From Dimorphilus gyrociliatus (lineage: Eukaryota; Animalia; Annelida), in the NCBI GenBank assembly GCA_904063045.1, contig CAJFCJ010000006.1, forward strand, positions 3,798,408 through 3,862,407: a stretch of DNA of 64,000 nt. The letters are read 5' to 3'. The position numbers and the translations under genes are program-made. Within the stretch, counting starts at the first letter, position 1, and each line of letters begins with the position of its first letter. This document shows positions 33,169 to 46,093 of this stretch, piece by piece. The notes beneath the pieces were generated by a model. It was not told the origin of the DNA, ran no database searches, and saw only the letters and a list, made by a program, of their open reading frames with translations.

Positions 33169-35740
33169 TTATCGTTCAAAATGGTTATTATCTTCCAAAT
33201 ACAAAGATGGCAGTCTATTTCCACTTATTTTATCATAATTTATTTCGCAATCTTGAACGGTTGCAAATTCGGAACAATTTATAGCTGAATTGTTTTGACC
33301 AGTATTAGAAGGATTAACTTGGGTAGAGTCAGTTATAATCCAATCAAATTTCATTTTATTCGGTGAAAGGTTATCATACGAAGATGATGAAACCGACTTT
33401 TCTCTATAAAAGAAAAAGGTTTTAGAAGATATCAATGAGTAGCAGATTAATTAATAGAAACCTCAAAGAAATATCTTCTATAAAGTTTCCCCTATTATCA
33501 TCCGTCCAATTTGTACTTTGTAAATCTTTAGTAAGTGTTCCTGATTCAAGTCTTCCATTAGGCTTTGATATAACTGAATTGGACGTTTCACTACCTTTTC
33601 TTTCTTCTACTGCAAATACATACATTCCAGGACCACAATAATCTCTTTCAATTTCATCATTATTTCTATTTATTGACGTTAAGAGAATAATTTTAAATAT
33701 AGAAGAAATTAGTAAATATAAAATAAATAATGTCGGTTGTTGTTTTAATTCTTTACCTGTCTAAAAACTGTTCCAATTCACAGCTATCTATTTCTCTTGA
33801 AGCTCTATTTACAGTATCTGGGAATAAACTTTTGCCGAAAAGCTCCTTTTGTTGATTAGTTTCCTCAAAATTCTTTAACTTCGTTGTTTGAGAAAGAGAA
33901 TTGTTAAAAAAGGAATTGTTCGGAGGATAATAGGCCTGTTTTGTTTCACAGGGACACTTGGAAGGTGACAAATTGAATTGTTTAGCAGTTAGCTTGCTTT
34001 CTAGACTTTTATTATTATAATCTATCAACACGTTAAACTTTCCTGGAAAATCAGACTCTCTTAGGTCAGTCGATCTAACACCATCGTCATTAAATAATTT
34101 AATTGTAGGTCTGTTTTCCTCCCGATTACTTTGTCCTGCTTCTTCTTTATCAGCAAAATTTTCCTCATACTCTTTATCCTCTTCTCCCTCATCATCGTAT
34201 ATTTCTTCGTCCTCAATATCAACTTCTTCATCATTTATTAAATCTTCAGTTTCATCTATCTCATCAAATGCTGCTTTGCGCTCTGAGTCCTCTTCTCCAA
34301 AACAAACTTGGTAATTTTGCGGACTGTATTGGCCATCCATTGATGGTGATTGGTCGTCTAATTTTCGAATAGCTTCCGAGTTCTTCGCAAGATTATCTAT
34401 GAAAGGGTTTTTATTATAATTTAAAACTTTGTTTGTTATATATATTGACAAACCATATTTTAAATAATTCTGTGGATTGGAGCACCTAAAAGTTCTCTTA
34501 GAGTTCCAATTTAATGATTTTCTCTTTCTTTTGCAGGTAATTATCTCATTTCCTTTATCAAATTCATCTTCAATTTCATCTGAAGTATTATTATGACTGT
34601 ACAACGGAAGGTGAGGATTAAATAGATGGTCCTCCTCTTCATGTTCACTGTTTCCAATTGATATATGTACACTAGTGTCAACGCTATTTTCAGCCATCAT
34701 ATCATCTTTCTCAGGAATCCTTTGGTGCTTATTGTTGAGACGGTATGAGTAATCCGACAGTTCTGGCGGCGTAGCTGAGTGGCCTATTATTAGCTGTTGA
34801 TTAATACGAGCATCTTTGCAGGCCTGACTCTCGGGATCTAGCATACACAGTGATTTTACATATTTATTAAGAGATTTTTGAAACTTCTTTTGAATCTCTG
34901 TGGTTAGCTTGTCAATAGATTTCTCATTTCCATCATCTTTATGCTCAGATTTTCCCTCAGCAGTTAATCTCATTTCTTTACAATAATAATGTTTTTTAGC
35001 CTCTCTATTGTTGACCGACAGGGATTCTTTATCCTCCTCTATGTAAAATAGCTTTGATCCCTTATGTATTTTCTTCAGTTTATCGCCTCCTACGTCAACA
35101 AGCGATTCTGCAGTTCTATCTGATCCTTTTTCTGTTTGTTCTTGTTCAGAATCAGAAACAAAGTATACTTTTCCATCCTTATTTAAAAGTTTCTTTGACC
35201 TCCCATCAATTGAAACTTTAACTCCCGATTCTACGTTTGTTATTTGAATATCATCAGTATCTGCTGCTTGATTTGACGCTATTGTATTAGTGAATTGTCT
35301 TACAGGAGGATTTTTTGGTAGAAATCTTATCCCATGACTATCAGATTTTCTAATTGAAGGTCTCCTAAATGATGTTCTGCTACCTAAGGCTCTAGATAAT
35401 TTTCTTTTTACATTTGGTTCACCATTTCCAACAGGATCTAGCAATAGATTAGTGACTAATTTAGCTTGATTAATTTGAGGTGTTTTCGACAGAATCGACG
35501 CTGACCTCTCCCTAACATTCTGTACCGTTGATGATCTATGCGAGTTTAAATCTTTATCAAGTATACTGACAACAGTCTGTAAACGAGGAGAATTAGGACC
35601 AGCTTCTAACTCGATATTATTAACAATATATTCTTTAATGATTCTATTAGCAACTTTTCCCAGTATTTCCGTTCCATTAATTAAGTATATTTTAGATATT
35701 CGAAGGTACCTGAACATTAGAAAGTATTTTAAAAATAGTC

Positions 35741-35774
<34 letters not shown>

Positions 35775-37158
35775 ATTTTTTTTGTTTATAATACAGTAAT
35801 TACCTGATAACAACCAAGCAAGCACCAGGTAAGCTGAGAGCTTGCGTAGCAACTATATATACTTGGGTATGATAGAAGAAAATAGCAGTCAATAAAAGGA
35901 AAATAGCATAAACTGTAGTTATTATCATATTTATAATTGGAATAAAACTATTTCCTATAGCCATAGAACAACCTCTAACATATATAACCTATTTATATGA
36001 ATAAACAATTTAATTTCGAATATTAAAGTAACTAAGGCTAACATTAGTTAAATTCCCTCTGCCAAAAGCACTTCGTTGAGCTTTTAAACATATTTGATTA
36101 CTTGCTGAATAAGATTCAGAACAACAACTAGTAGGATAAAGTCCATCATCGGAAGTATCTTTCCATACAAGATAATTTCTAAAACCGCAACATTTAAAGT
36201 TTGTATGAATTGTATCAATTACAGATCGCAATGATGGATTATTATAATAATTCTCTTTTTCAACCGCATCTTTAAATTTATCTTTTATTGAAGAAAATAT
36301 TAATTTATTCTTTAAACCCAATAAAATAATTATAAAGAATGTCATAAGAATATAAATTTGAAAATAACCAATAATTCTTAAAAATTTCAGTTTTGGTAGA
36401 TATTTATTTAAAGATATTGAACGATTTCCACTTAAATAACAACCAATCATACAGCATATTCCTAAGGAGATAAAACCATTGATTATAGCTAAAACATCTG
36501 TTGTTAGCAGTATTCTTGCTATTGTTGTTAAATTTCCCTGTTATTTCATGAATATTTAAATATATAACACTTTAATATAATCTTTAACAGAATACTAACA
36601 GAGAAAAGATCGTCTTCTATATGATGAATACCGATTGAAAGTAAAGCTAAATAGACAGCTGTTGATAGTAAGATTCCCAAAATAATGAATGTAAATTTAA
36701 TATTCAATTGTCTTCTTAATATTTCTTTTGTTATGATAGTTTCGGAGCATGTTGTAGTAGCTATCTCATTTTTTAAACCCCTTACGTTGGTCTCTTCCGT
36801 TTTTCTATCGAAATCAAACCTCCTAAACACTTCTAATTCTTTCATAGCATGGGCTTGCTTCATTCTCAATCTACTCTCTTCATCTTCCTCTTCATCCTAA
36901 ACAAAGTTTGTTTAATCTCAATTTTTTTCTATCTCATTCATTAGAATTCTATTAATAAAAATATGTAGGAATTACCAAATTAGTAAGTTTAACATAGCTT
37001 GAACGAGACATTGGCCATTTATTAGAATTGGCCATATTATGCTTTAAAATGATATTTCTTATTGTTTTCTTTGCCTGCCTTCTTTGAATTTCTTTATATT
37101 CATTAAGGCAGTGCGTTATTGTTCCTGGTAGCGCGAAAGAAGCATCATATTCGTACAT
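33169..37158 (-). CDS. Giant peripherin-2/ROM1-like tetraspanin (~1183 aa), 7 exons, with long N-terminal and ~800-aa C-terminal tails
   Basis: Exons 36976-37158, 36600-36896, 36043-36537, 35804-35988, 33757-35709, 33462-33665 and 33169-33403 join in frame with GT-AG ends (3552 nt). EC2 has NFKCCGF..YPTSCC..C..YVRGC; the post-TM4 sequence is VVIRYLRIS. Confidence 0.75.
35745..35773. repeat. (TC)14 microsatellite in tetraspanin intron 4
   Basis: Read directly from the sequence. Confidence 0.9.
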
Positions 37159-37690
37159 GATTCATCCTATCAATTGGTTTTATTCCTTACATTCTTCTGT
37201 AAGGTTGGCTAACAATTTTTAATATTCAACGTTTAATTGTTTATTTACAAAGTTTAAAGAATTTACAACTCTGTTTTCAAAATATTCAAAATATAGAATC
37301 CACTATTTCATGATGATGTGTTAAATCTCATTAATATTCATTAGTATTTATTTTTAACTTTTAGGATTTTTCATTTTTAAAGCAGACAAATTTTAATCTG
37401 GCAAAACTGCATGCTAAATAGATATAAAACAATTTAAAGTACTCTCATACTATAATAGCTACAATGTGCTCTTAATGGGAATATATATAAAATAAGTTAT
37501 CTAATATGTGTCTTTAGTGAAAATGATACTTTTTTGAGCGATATTCAAAAGCTATACAACTTGATTGAAAAGAGTTAGGAAATTTATTTCTATATATACA
37601 GAAATAGTATGGAATTTTTCCATAATTTTTAAGTTGCTGAGAAATTTTTAATACTTTTAAGCTGGGTTAATGTTAGCAATCGAATACGGC

Positions 37691-37738
37691 TTTCGCGCCT
37701 TTTTCGCAAAATTTCAATGGCGGAACCTACGCATGCGC
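37691..37738. promoter_or_regulatory. Cluster of E2F-like (TTTCGCGC), YY1-like (AATGGCGG) and NRF1-like (CGCATGCGC) motifs in the divergent promoter between the tetraspanin and the STI1-domain gene
   Basis: GC-rich island about 105-150 nt upstream of ATG 37843; motif matches only. Confidence 0.45.
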
Positions 37739-37842
37739 TCCGCATCTAAAAAAAAACTGTTCAATTTCGTGCTAAAAATTCTTTCGAAGGACAAGGTTAC
37801 TCATCGGCTCTTGAAAAATCAACTCACCGATAGGAATTAATA

Positions 37843-38962
37843 ATGGCAGATGATGATGGTATTAAATACTATAATACTAATAAAAACTTGATAAACATTT
37901 TATATATATATATTTTCTGTTAGATATGCCTCCTTTGGAGGATTGTACAGAGGCTATAATTAAAAAGTTTGGTCAAGTCTCGGCAGCAGAAATCCCTGCT
38001 AAGAAATCTGAACAGAAAGTTGTCAAAGAAAATGTAAAGAAAGTATCCGAACAACCAAAAAAACCAAAAGAAAGTTCATTTGGAGGATTCAGCAAAGGAT
38101 TTTTAAGTGGGCAACCCTCAAAAAAGAAAGTTGTAAAGAAGCCTGATGATGATATACCATTTATTCAAAAGAAAGACACTCCGTCGGCCCTACAAGCTGA
38201 TCTAAGTGATACACTGAAAAATTTCGAAGGAAATAAACAGAACGGTACTGAATGAATTCATACATAAATTTATATTCCAAATTAATTCTTGATTCTATTT
38301 ATTCCAAAATAGAATGGTTAAATGATGATCTTTTAAAAAAGATTGCATCTGAAAAAGATCTATCAGAACAGATCGTAGATGAAAGAGTTCGACAAGCTTT
38401 AATGGAATTTTCGACAAATCCTAAAAGAGCTATTGAAAAGTATAAAAACAATGAATATATAATGAACTTCTTCCAAAATTTCTCATCCTGTTTAGGTAAT
38501 AGTTCTTAATTCATTTTAATTAACGAAATTTAATAGAAATTCTTCATTTTTAGGAACACATTTTCAAACTTTAGCCAAAGATAATCCTAACGTATTTAAT
38601 TTGAATAAAACTGCTGAAAATCAATTATTTGAAAGGAAATTAACTAAACAAGATGTACAACCTCAAAAAACAATGTACACTACTCAACAAATGTTAGAAG
38701 ATCCTGAAATTTGTGCTATAATTCGTGGTGATGAACTTACAATGCAATATTTCGAATTTCTGCTAGATAATGATGAAGATTCAGCTAAAAAGTATACTTA
38801 TAATTCTTTATATTACTTTATAGATATTCTTTAAAAATTGAATGATTATTTTACAGATTATATCAAAAGAATCCTTCAATACATGAAAATGTTGAAAAAT
38901 TGAACAAAGTAGGATATTTAGAAGTTAGGAGACAAATAAAAGGTGCACAGACTTCATGGTAA
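37843..38962 (+). CDS. STI1/HOP-DP-like domain protein, 5 exons
   Basis: MADDDDMPPLED.., FGGFSKGFL, EWLNDDLLKKI..VRQALMEFSTNPKRAIEKYKNNEYIMNFFQNFSSCLG|THF, second repeat QQMLEDPEICAIIR..; ends GAQTSW*. Confidence 0.65.
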
Positions 38963-39251
38963 AAAAACTCTACAAGTCGATCCTTCATTGTTTATAGAAA
39001 ATAATAAACTTGCCAGATTTATTTTGCTGTTATATTTAAGAGATTTCCTTAAAAAACAATAGCATAAGTGATCTTGAAAGAGTAATACACAAATTTTCAT
39101 AAATATCATATATTTAATATTTCGATTGTTTTAATTACAAAATCAAAGTCAAAAGAATCTTTTTTTTAGTTAATTTATTATATTTTAAATTTTCAAATTT
39201 TCAAAGGATTCTTTATATCCAAAAATACTGAGTAAATACAGTGTAATATCC

Positions 39252-40018
39252 ATGGAGAGAAATGACACATTTTCGTGTCCTCCAGCTATTAGTGAATTTA
39301 TATTTTGGCAGGTTGGCTAGTATTACATATGATGATCAGCTAGGCAAGAACACAACCTATTTCACAGAGTTGGTGGTTTGTAATATTAGTTATTGGTGGA
39401 TTGTATCTATCTTATCGTTTAATCAAGTCAATCTACGTTAAAACTACTTTTCCTCGTGACGATCTTCATTCGTTAATGCCATCCTCTCCAGGTATTTGTA
39501 TATGATGCTCCTCATGAACAAATAGATAAATACAATAAATTAAAATGTTTTTAGTTATTTCTATATCGTCCAGAGCCACTAGCCCAACACATGGACAGAA
39601 GACTCCGCTAGTCACTTTACTTAATGAAAGACATAAAACACTTAGCATGACAAAATACTCTGATAAAACACCTCAGTTCGTAAGATACGAGGAACCATTA
39701 AAGGATCAGACATTATCCAGCACGGATACTATTTTTAATGTAAATAGTCTTAGAAATTTTCGTTCTTCAAACAGTAGAGAAGATAATCATTATAATAAAA
39801 ACTCCATAAGTTTATCGTATGTTGAAAACAACAGAGCTATTCCAGATTGTACGAAAAATGAAGAGACAAATACTGAAAAAGACAACTCGAAACACAATAT
39901 AAACACTAAGACAATTATTCCAAAAATAGAGTTATCCCTCTTCAATGAAGTAGTAGAAACTTCAAATCAAGAAGATAACAATAATGAAGATGAAAGTCAT
40001 AGTATAGAATCTAAATAA
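39252..40018 (+). CDS. Orphan single-pass membrane protein with S/N/E-rich tail, 3 exons
   Basis: MERNDTFSCPPAISEFIFWQ|SWWFVILVIGGLYLSYRLIKSIYVK..PSSP|VISISSRATSP.. joins the 39545-40018 ORF in frame via GT-AG introns. Confidence 0.5.
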
Positions 40019-40078
40019 TTTATTTCTGTACATTAATATTAATGAGAAAATAAACAGAATAACTATTATCAAATTTAT

Positions 40079-40447
40079 TCAACTATCTTTCACATCAGAT
40101 TGATCATCTCTAATTTCATTCAACTTCTCCTCAAACTTCTTTTGAAGTCTGGAAGATATTCCATATTTGTGCGTACATATTCCAATAGCAATAACAAAAG
40201 GTAAAAATACGGTTAACATTAATGTTATTACAACAACTAGAATAACTATTGCTTTTCCACTATATTGAATTTTAAAGTTATTCAATTTTAAACTTGTTGA
40301 ATTTATCCGATTTTTACCCGTTTTGTTTAACATTTGCATTTGATGTCCTTTTGGAGGAGATATTTTATCAATTTCCAGCTCAAAATTATCATTTTCAGAA
40401 CAATAAATATGATTTATAAGAATAATTAATACAAATATACAGAACAT
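40079..40447 (-). CDS. Orphan small type I membrane protein (signal peptide plus one TM), 122 aa
   Basis: MFCIFVLIILINHIYCS signal; TM AIVILVVVITLMLTVFLPFVIAIGIC; charged tail. Confidence 0.6.
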   Translation of the reverse strand: MFCIFVLIILINHIYCSENDNFELEIDKISPPKGHQMQMLNKTGKNRINSTSLKLNNFKIQYSGKAIVILVVVITLMLTVFLPFVIAIGICTHKYGISSRLQKKFEEKLNEIRDDQSDVKDS

Positions 40448-40537
40448 TATTATTTTTTTAACTATATTGTTTTTTTTGTGTTAAATTACTGACATCAGAA
40501 AATTTGTTTAAAATTCGTCAGATATCAACAAAAGAAT

Positions 40538-41175
40538 ATGCTTTCCTCCCAAAATGAGTTTGGCGATGAATTCTATATAAAAAAGAATATGAAGAATGAA
40601 TCATCTTTACTATATGAGGAGAGGCACAAAGCCGCTAATGAATTGAAAATTTTACAATCAAAAAATCGACATCTTAAAGATACTATAAGGGGAAGTAAGG
40701 AGGAATTAACTGTTCTAAAATCTCAGGTTTATTCGTCCTACAGTTGCTTGTAATTATCTATTATTCAATCTATTGTAACTTCTTTCCATAGGTTACACAA
40801 ATTACGGACGAACTTAATGCAATTACTATTGAATCCGAAGCATTAAAATGCCATCATATAGACCTTCAAGCACACAATGAAGGTCTAAAAAATTTGCTAA
40901 GAGTCGCTAGAGCAAGATTAGAGGGATCAACAGCTCGAAAACAAGTATTAAATATCGATGCCTATCTTGAGAAAGAGTTAAACGGTCAAACTTTTGAGAA
41001 TTTGTTGCATTCCGTGCGCAATGATATCAATTCTATTAATATTATTCAAATTCATCCAAAAAAACCAGTATTGGTTAAAAAGAGTGCAATGAAAACACCT
41101 AAAGATGATTCTAAACTAGTGGAAAAGAAAAAGAGATATGTAAGAAATTATACTGACAGTGATTACCTTAGTTAA
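40538..41175 (+). CDS. Orphan coiled-coil protein, 2 exons
   Basis: Exon 1 ends TCTCAG|gt; exon 2 starts at 40792, in frame with the 40894 ORF; heptad pattern ANELKILQSKNRHLKDTIRGSKEELTVLKSQVTQITDEL. Confidence 0.55.
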
Positions 41176-41341
41176 GAAACTTATTTGACTACAGCTAATT
41201 CATCTTAGAAAAGGAAAATTGTAAGATGTGATATCAATAAATAAAATTAATATATAACCTTAGGATTACAGCAAACTTAAAAAAATTTCAATTTTATTAT
41301 TATAACAGTTGTTTTTGCATATTTTTTGTATAACAACTATA

Positions 41342-42250
41342 TCATGTTCTAGGTGTGAAAACTGTAATTCGCTTAACATGCCTTTTCTTTTTAACAGGAC
41401 TTTTCATAACTTTATTAAATTCTTCTTCATTGTCATAGTCAATTCCAGGTTCATATTCGCGTTTGACTTCTTCAACCTCTTCAAAACTAACTCCTTCTTC
41501 TTTCATGGCATCGATTAAGGCTGTAAACTATTTTAGAGAACAGGATAATTTAAGCTTGTAAATATTTGCAGAAATTTAAAAACTTACTCGTTGTGAACCA
41601 ACATTTATATTAGAAGCAGGACCATCTTGTAAAACCATAGATGTAATACCACTTTCTTGACATCTTCTACCTAAAATTTTTCCCACGTATCTAGAAGCAT
41701 TTAGATCAGTCTTACTCTCTAGTTGAGATGCAATTGCCATTTCTAATGTTGAAGCTGACACTACCGTCTTTCCAGTACAATGTTCAACATCAGCAGTTAT
41801 ATTTCTATGTGTCTTTTCAATCACCAATCTATTTTAAATACATATATCTTCAGTATATTATTTTGAATTTAAAATTAAAGATATTAAGTACCTATGATAA
41901 AACTCTCTGGATGGATATTGAAAAGTCCAACCCTTTGTTTTTCGGGCGATTCCTTGATATTCCAAGCATCTTTATAAATTAATTAAATTAAGGTTACTCT
42001 GAAATTCAACAGCTTGTAAAGGCTCACCTAGGATTCCTATTGACGAAATCTGGTAATATCTCTAAATCTTCGTTAGTTGCCTGTTTCTCGGTGGAATATC
42101 TACCGGCTAGAGAATCAAAGTTAGTAAATAAATACCATTTTATCGCTCATAAACAAAATCACCTGTTATTGAAACAAGCTGGATTTGTGATCCCAATCTC
42201 CTAGTTAGCAAGTTTAGCGATGTGTACATCAATTTTGATGCACGCGCCAT
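41342..42250 (-). CDS. MRPL18: Mitochondrial ribosomal protein L18, 5 exons
   Basis: FVNRNPRCLEYQGIARKTKGW..PSREFYHR, VEHCTGKTVVSASTLEMAI, VGKILGRRCQESGI; targeting-peptide-like N-terminus. Confidence 0.92.
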
Positions 42251-42559
42251 GTCAAAGTAAACTTTAAGAGAAAACGTGCTTGATAAATAAGTCTATATGA
42301 CCGTGACACTAACCGGTTTCGATTCTTACCAGACAGCGCAGTGAACATGTTTCACCGTTCAAATCAATCGATCAGTTTATGCGATACGATCTTATCTTTT
42401 CTGTGAAATAATTTTAGAATTATACAATTAGACAATTATTTTATCATTTTACAAAAGCTTTTAAAACTAAGAAAGACCTTGATTCGATTTTTAGTAACTT
42501 AGAGTAAAAACCCTTGGTACCTATCAAAATAATCAAACGTTCACTTGGTACCGGTAAAG

Positions 42560-44450
42560 ATGTCGGCTGTTGTTGAACAATACGCTAATCATGTCCGTCA
42601 GCTTACACAACAAGGTAAAGCTGCAACAATTATACGTTTTAGAAAATGTCAAATACAGATGTCTTTTTAGCTATAAAATATATTCTTAATTTCCAGACGT
42701 TTTTGTTGATATTTCTATTTTGTAGTCAAATTCGTTCAGTTTATTATTTTCGTTTGATTTAGGCGAATTCGACCAGCTTTGCGAAACCATCTCTAAATTT
42801 TCTGAAGGATTAGCTAAACATCCTGGTCTCTTGGATAATTTATTGGCAACCTTTAATGTCCAAGAGCATTCCTTAGGAGTACTAGGAATATTGTAAGTAT
42901 TCCAAAGAAAAAAGTCCAATCCCTCAAATTTTTATTTCCGTCTTTCAGATGTATTAAATTCAACGTGTCCACAATATCATCTGATAGTGACAGCCTACTT
43001 ACGCAGACATCGGAATTTCTTGTCAACTGTAATGGAGAACAAGTTCGATGTTCGCCAGACAATTGTAAGAATCCATAAGTATTTATTCATTTAGTTAATT
43101 ATTGGTTGGACATGTTGTAGTTGCTGTTGTGTGCCACCGTTATTCTGAAGCCTTGATTAGAAAAAAGCAAGCCAAACGAGGAATACGCCCGCTGATGCGA
43201 GCAGTTGAAAAGTTACAAACGAACGAAAACCAACTCACTTCCGCTCACGCCGATTTATGCTTAGTAAGTTTTAAAATTGTATTATATTATTTTCTGAAAA
43301 TAATTCTTCAATATTTTAGCTTTGTTTACAAGCAAAAGTATTCAAGCCGGTGGTTAGATATCTTGATTGCGATATAGATGATATTAATACAGAAGTAATA
43401 CATCTAAATTCTTTATTTTCCATATAGTTAATTTTGAACTTTTAATATTTAGAAGAAAAAGTTTGACGTCAAACATTTCCTGTTATATTGTTATTATGGT
43501 GGAATGATTTATACTGGACTTAAGAACTATGATAGAGCACTATTCTTATTTGAAAATGTAGGTGTTTTCTGAACGGTCTTTCAATGTATTTATTGATCTT
43601 AATCTTTCCTACATAGGCTATAACTGTACCAGCGGTTGCTGTAAGTCACATAGTCATTGAAGCGTACAAAAAGTATATTTGCGTTTCTTTACTGGCTGAT
43701 GGGAAATTACGGCAATTACCAAAGTACACAAGCAATGTCATACCCCGCTATGTAAAGCAACTGTGCCAGGCTTATCATAATCTCGCTCACGCCTACTGCA
43801 GCAATGACCCTAACCAAGTTACAAATGTCATTGCAAAAAGTCAGCAAGACTTTGTCCGTGACGAAATGCTTGGACTAGTTAAGCAAACTCTTGTATCGTT
43901 GTACAAACGAAACATTCAGAGGCTAACCAAAGTAAGTCAAATTCAATTTCATTAAGCAAAATATTATTCAGAAAATCCTTAATTGTTTTATCAGACATTT
44001 GTTACTCTATCATTGAGTGATATGGCTAATCGAGTAGGTCTGGAAAACGCGAGGGAAGCAGAAAAATATGTACTTCAAATGGTTCGTACTAATTTAACTT
44101 TTTTACAAATACTATTCAAATTTAATTTAATAGATAAGCGATGGTCAAGTTTATGCAAAAATTGATCAGCACAACGGCATGGTTACCTTCCTAGACTGTG
44201 AACAATCGTCTAACACAGTAAACATGCAAGAATACATAGATAAAAGAATTGGCGAATTTATCAAGCTAGATGAAAAAATTCAGGCGATGGACAGATCTAT
44301 TCTCACTAATCCTCAATTTGTTCAAAAGGTAAGCTGAGACATATAAGCTCCCTTTTGCAACAATTTGACGTATTGTGCTAATAGAGTCATGGGCAGCATG
44401 ATGAAGAATCGACGCCTTCGACCATACGATTCCCTATACCGCTAAGCTAA
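42560..44450 (+). CDS. COPS3: COP9 signalosome subunit 3, multi-exon
   Basis: [98 protein letters not shown]. Confidence 0.95.
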
Positions 44451-44518
44451 CGAGATTTTATTGGACAAATGTATTAAATTCCATGAAAGGAAAATAATAA
44501 ATTTATATATCAATGTTA

Positions 44519-45727
44519 CTAAGACGAAAACATTTTCGCATACGTCATCTTTTCTTTTTTCTTATACGATGCGACATCATTTTTGATTCGGATTATTTCG
44601 TTCTTTATAGCTTTATCATTTGGTTCTTTTTCGGCTGCCAAGTTTAGATCTGTGAGAGCACTCTCCCATTCATTCTGAAAACGTTTTGCCTGAGCTCTAC
44701 GAAATAGTGCTTTTGTATTAGCTCCATCCAATTCCAACGCTTCGTTACATTCTGAGACCGTTTTTTCATAATCTTGAAGCTTATAATATACGGCTGCCAA
44801 ATTAAGATGTAATGGTAGGGCATTTTCGACCTTTATTTTTTTCTCCTCCTCCTCATCCAAATCTGGACCTTCTTCACAAAAATGGTTAACATACTTTAGA
44901 GCTTTCTGATATTTTCGCAAAGCCTTTTTATATTCTCCACCTTTAAACAGAGTGTTACCCGCGACTTTAATTGTTACAAAAGCTCTTGAACATTCTTCCT
45001 TATTTTTCCAATCTATTTGAGAATCTGATGGGAAATTAGCGTATGAGTCATCAGTTCCATCTTCAACAACGCAACCATCATCTTCTCCTTCTGCCAATTC
45101 TCCGCAGTCACTAATAACACAATCCATTAATGGCTTGTCCGATTCAGTCTTCTGGTATTCCAATTCACGAACGACGTCAATCCCATTTATTACTTCACCG
45201 AAAACAACATGTTTACCATCTAAGTGAGGTGTTGCGGTGGTGGTAATAAAAAATTGGGAACCATTTGTTCCAGGACCGGAATTAGCCATGCTAAGGAGGC
45301 CAGGTTTTTCATGTTTCAACTCAAAATTTTCATCTTCAAATTTTTCACCGTATATACTTTCTCCTCCGGTACCATTTGCCGCAGTGAAATCACCACCCTG
45401 GATCATAAAATTCTTGATAACTGCAAATATTAATATAACCGTTAGAATTTATCAGATAATATTAATTAGAATATATACTTCTGTGAAAGATCGACCCCTT
45501 AAAGTGAAGGGGCTTTCCTTTGGTTCCAACACCCTTTTCACCAGTACATAGGGCTCTAAAATTTTCCGCGGTCTTCGGAACCTTATCTTTGTACAATTTA
45601 AAGACGATTCTTCCCGCTATGGAAAACGAAGTATTAATTTTTTCAGCTTAAAATTTTCTTTCTACCAACCGCTTTCTCCTCCAATAGTGATATCAAAGAA
45701 AGTTCTTGGGTTTACTACGTCAGCCAT
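44519..45727 (-). CDS. PPID: Cyclophilin 40 (PPIase plus TPR domain), 3 exons
   Basis: [61 protein letters not shown]; TPR repeats; ends YAKMFSS. Confidence 0.96.
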
Positions 45728-46093
45728 GCTCGACTATTCTGGAGTTTTCTATGGTACGTCAGGCACCGGTAAAGTAGATGGCGCTGGGAGTTAGTGATCT
45801 GGTACAATACTCCACGCATTAATTAAAATATGGTAAAATATTGTTTTACAATTAATTCTGAACGAAAAATCTAGATTCTTTTACTTGTAGTCGGTAAAGC
45901 ATTTATCATTATTTTAAACTTTAAACTGTTTACCGGGAAAAGAAAAAGAACTAATGCTATGTTCTTATTAGAATAGCGGAATACTTCTACATTTCAAAAC
46001 TATTTCAAAATCATTTCAGAAAACTATTTAAAAGCAATTTAAAGGCTATTTATTTGCAAAAAAACAGTGCATAATAATATTCAAACAGTTATT

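Noticed and set aside
33753-35717. 654-aa ORF as a stand-alone orphan gene
   Set aside because: Its first Met lies in the acceptor region and it joins the upstream tetraspanin exon in phase 2; treated as exon 5 of that gene
42549-45774. Shared ACCGGTAAAG upstream of the COPS3 and PPID start codons
   Set aside because: Only two clear instances; cannot be distinguished from chance without genome-wide counts
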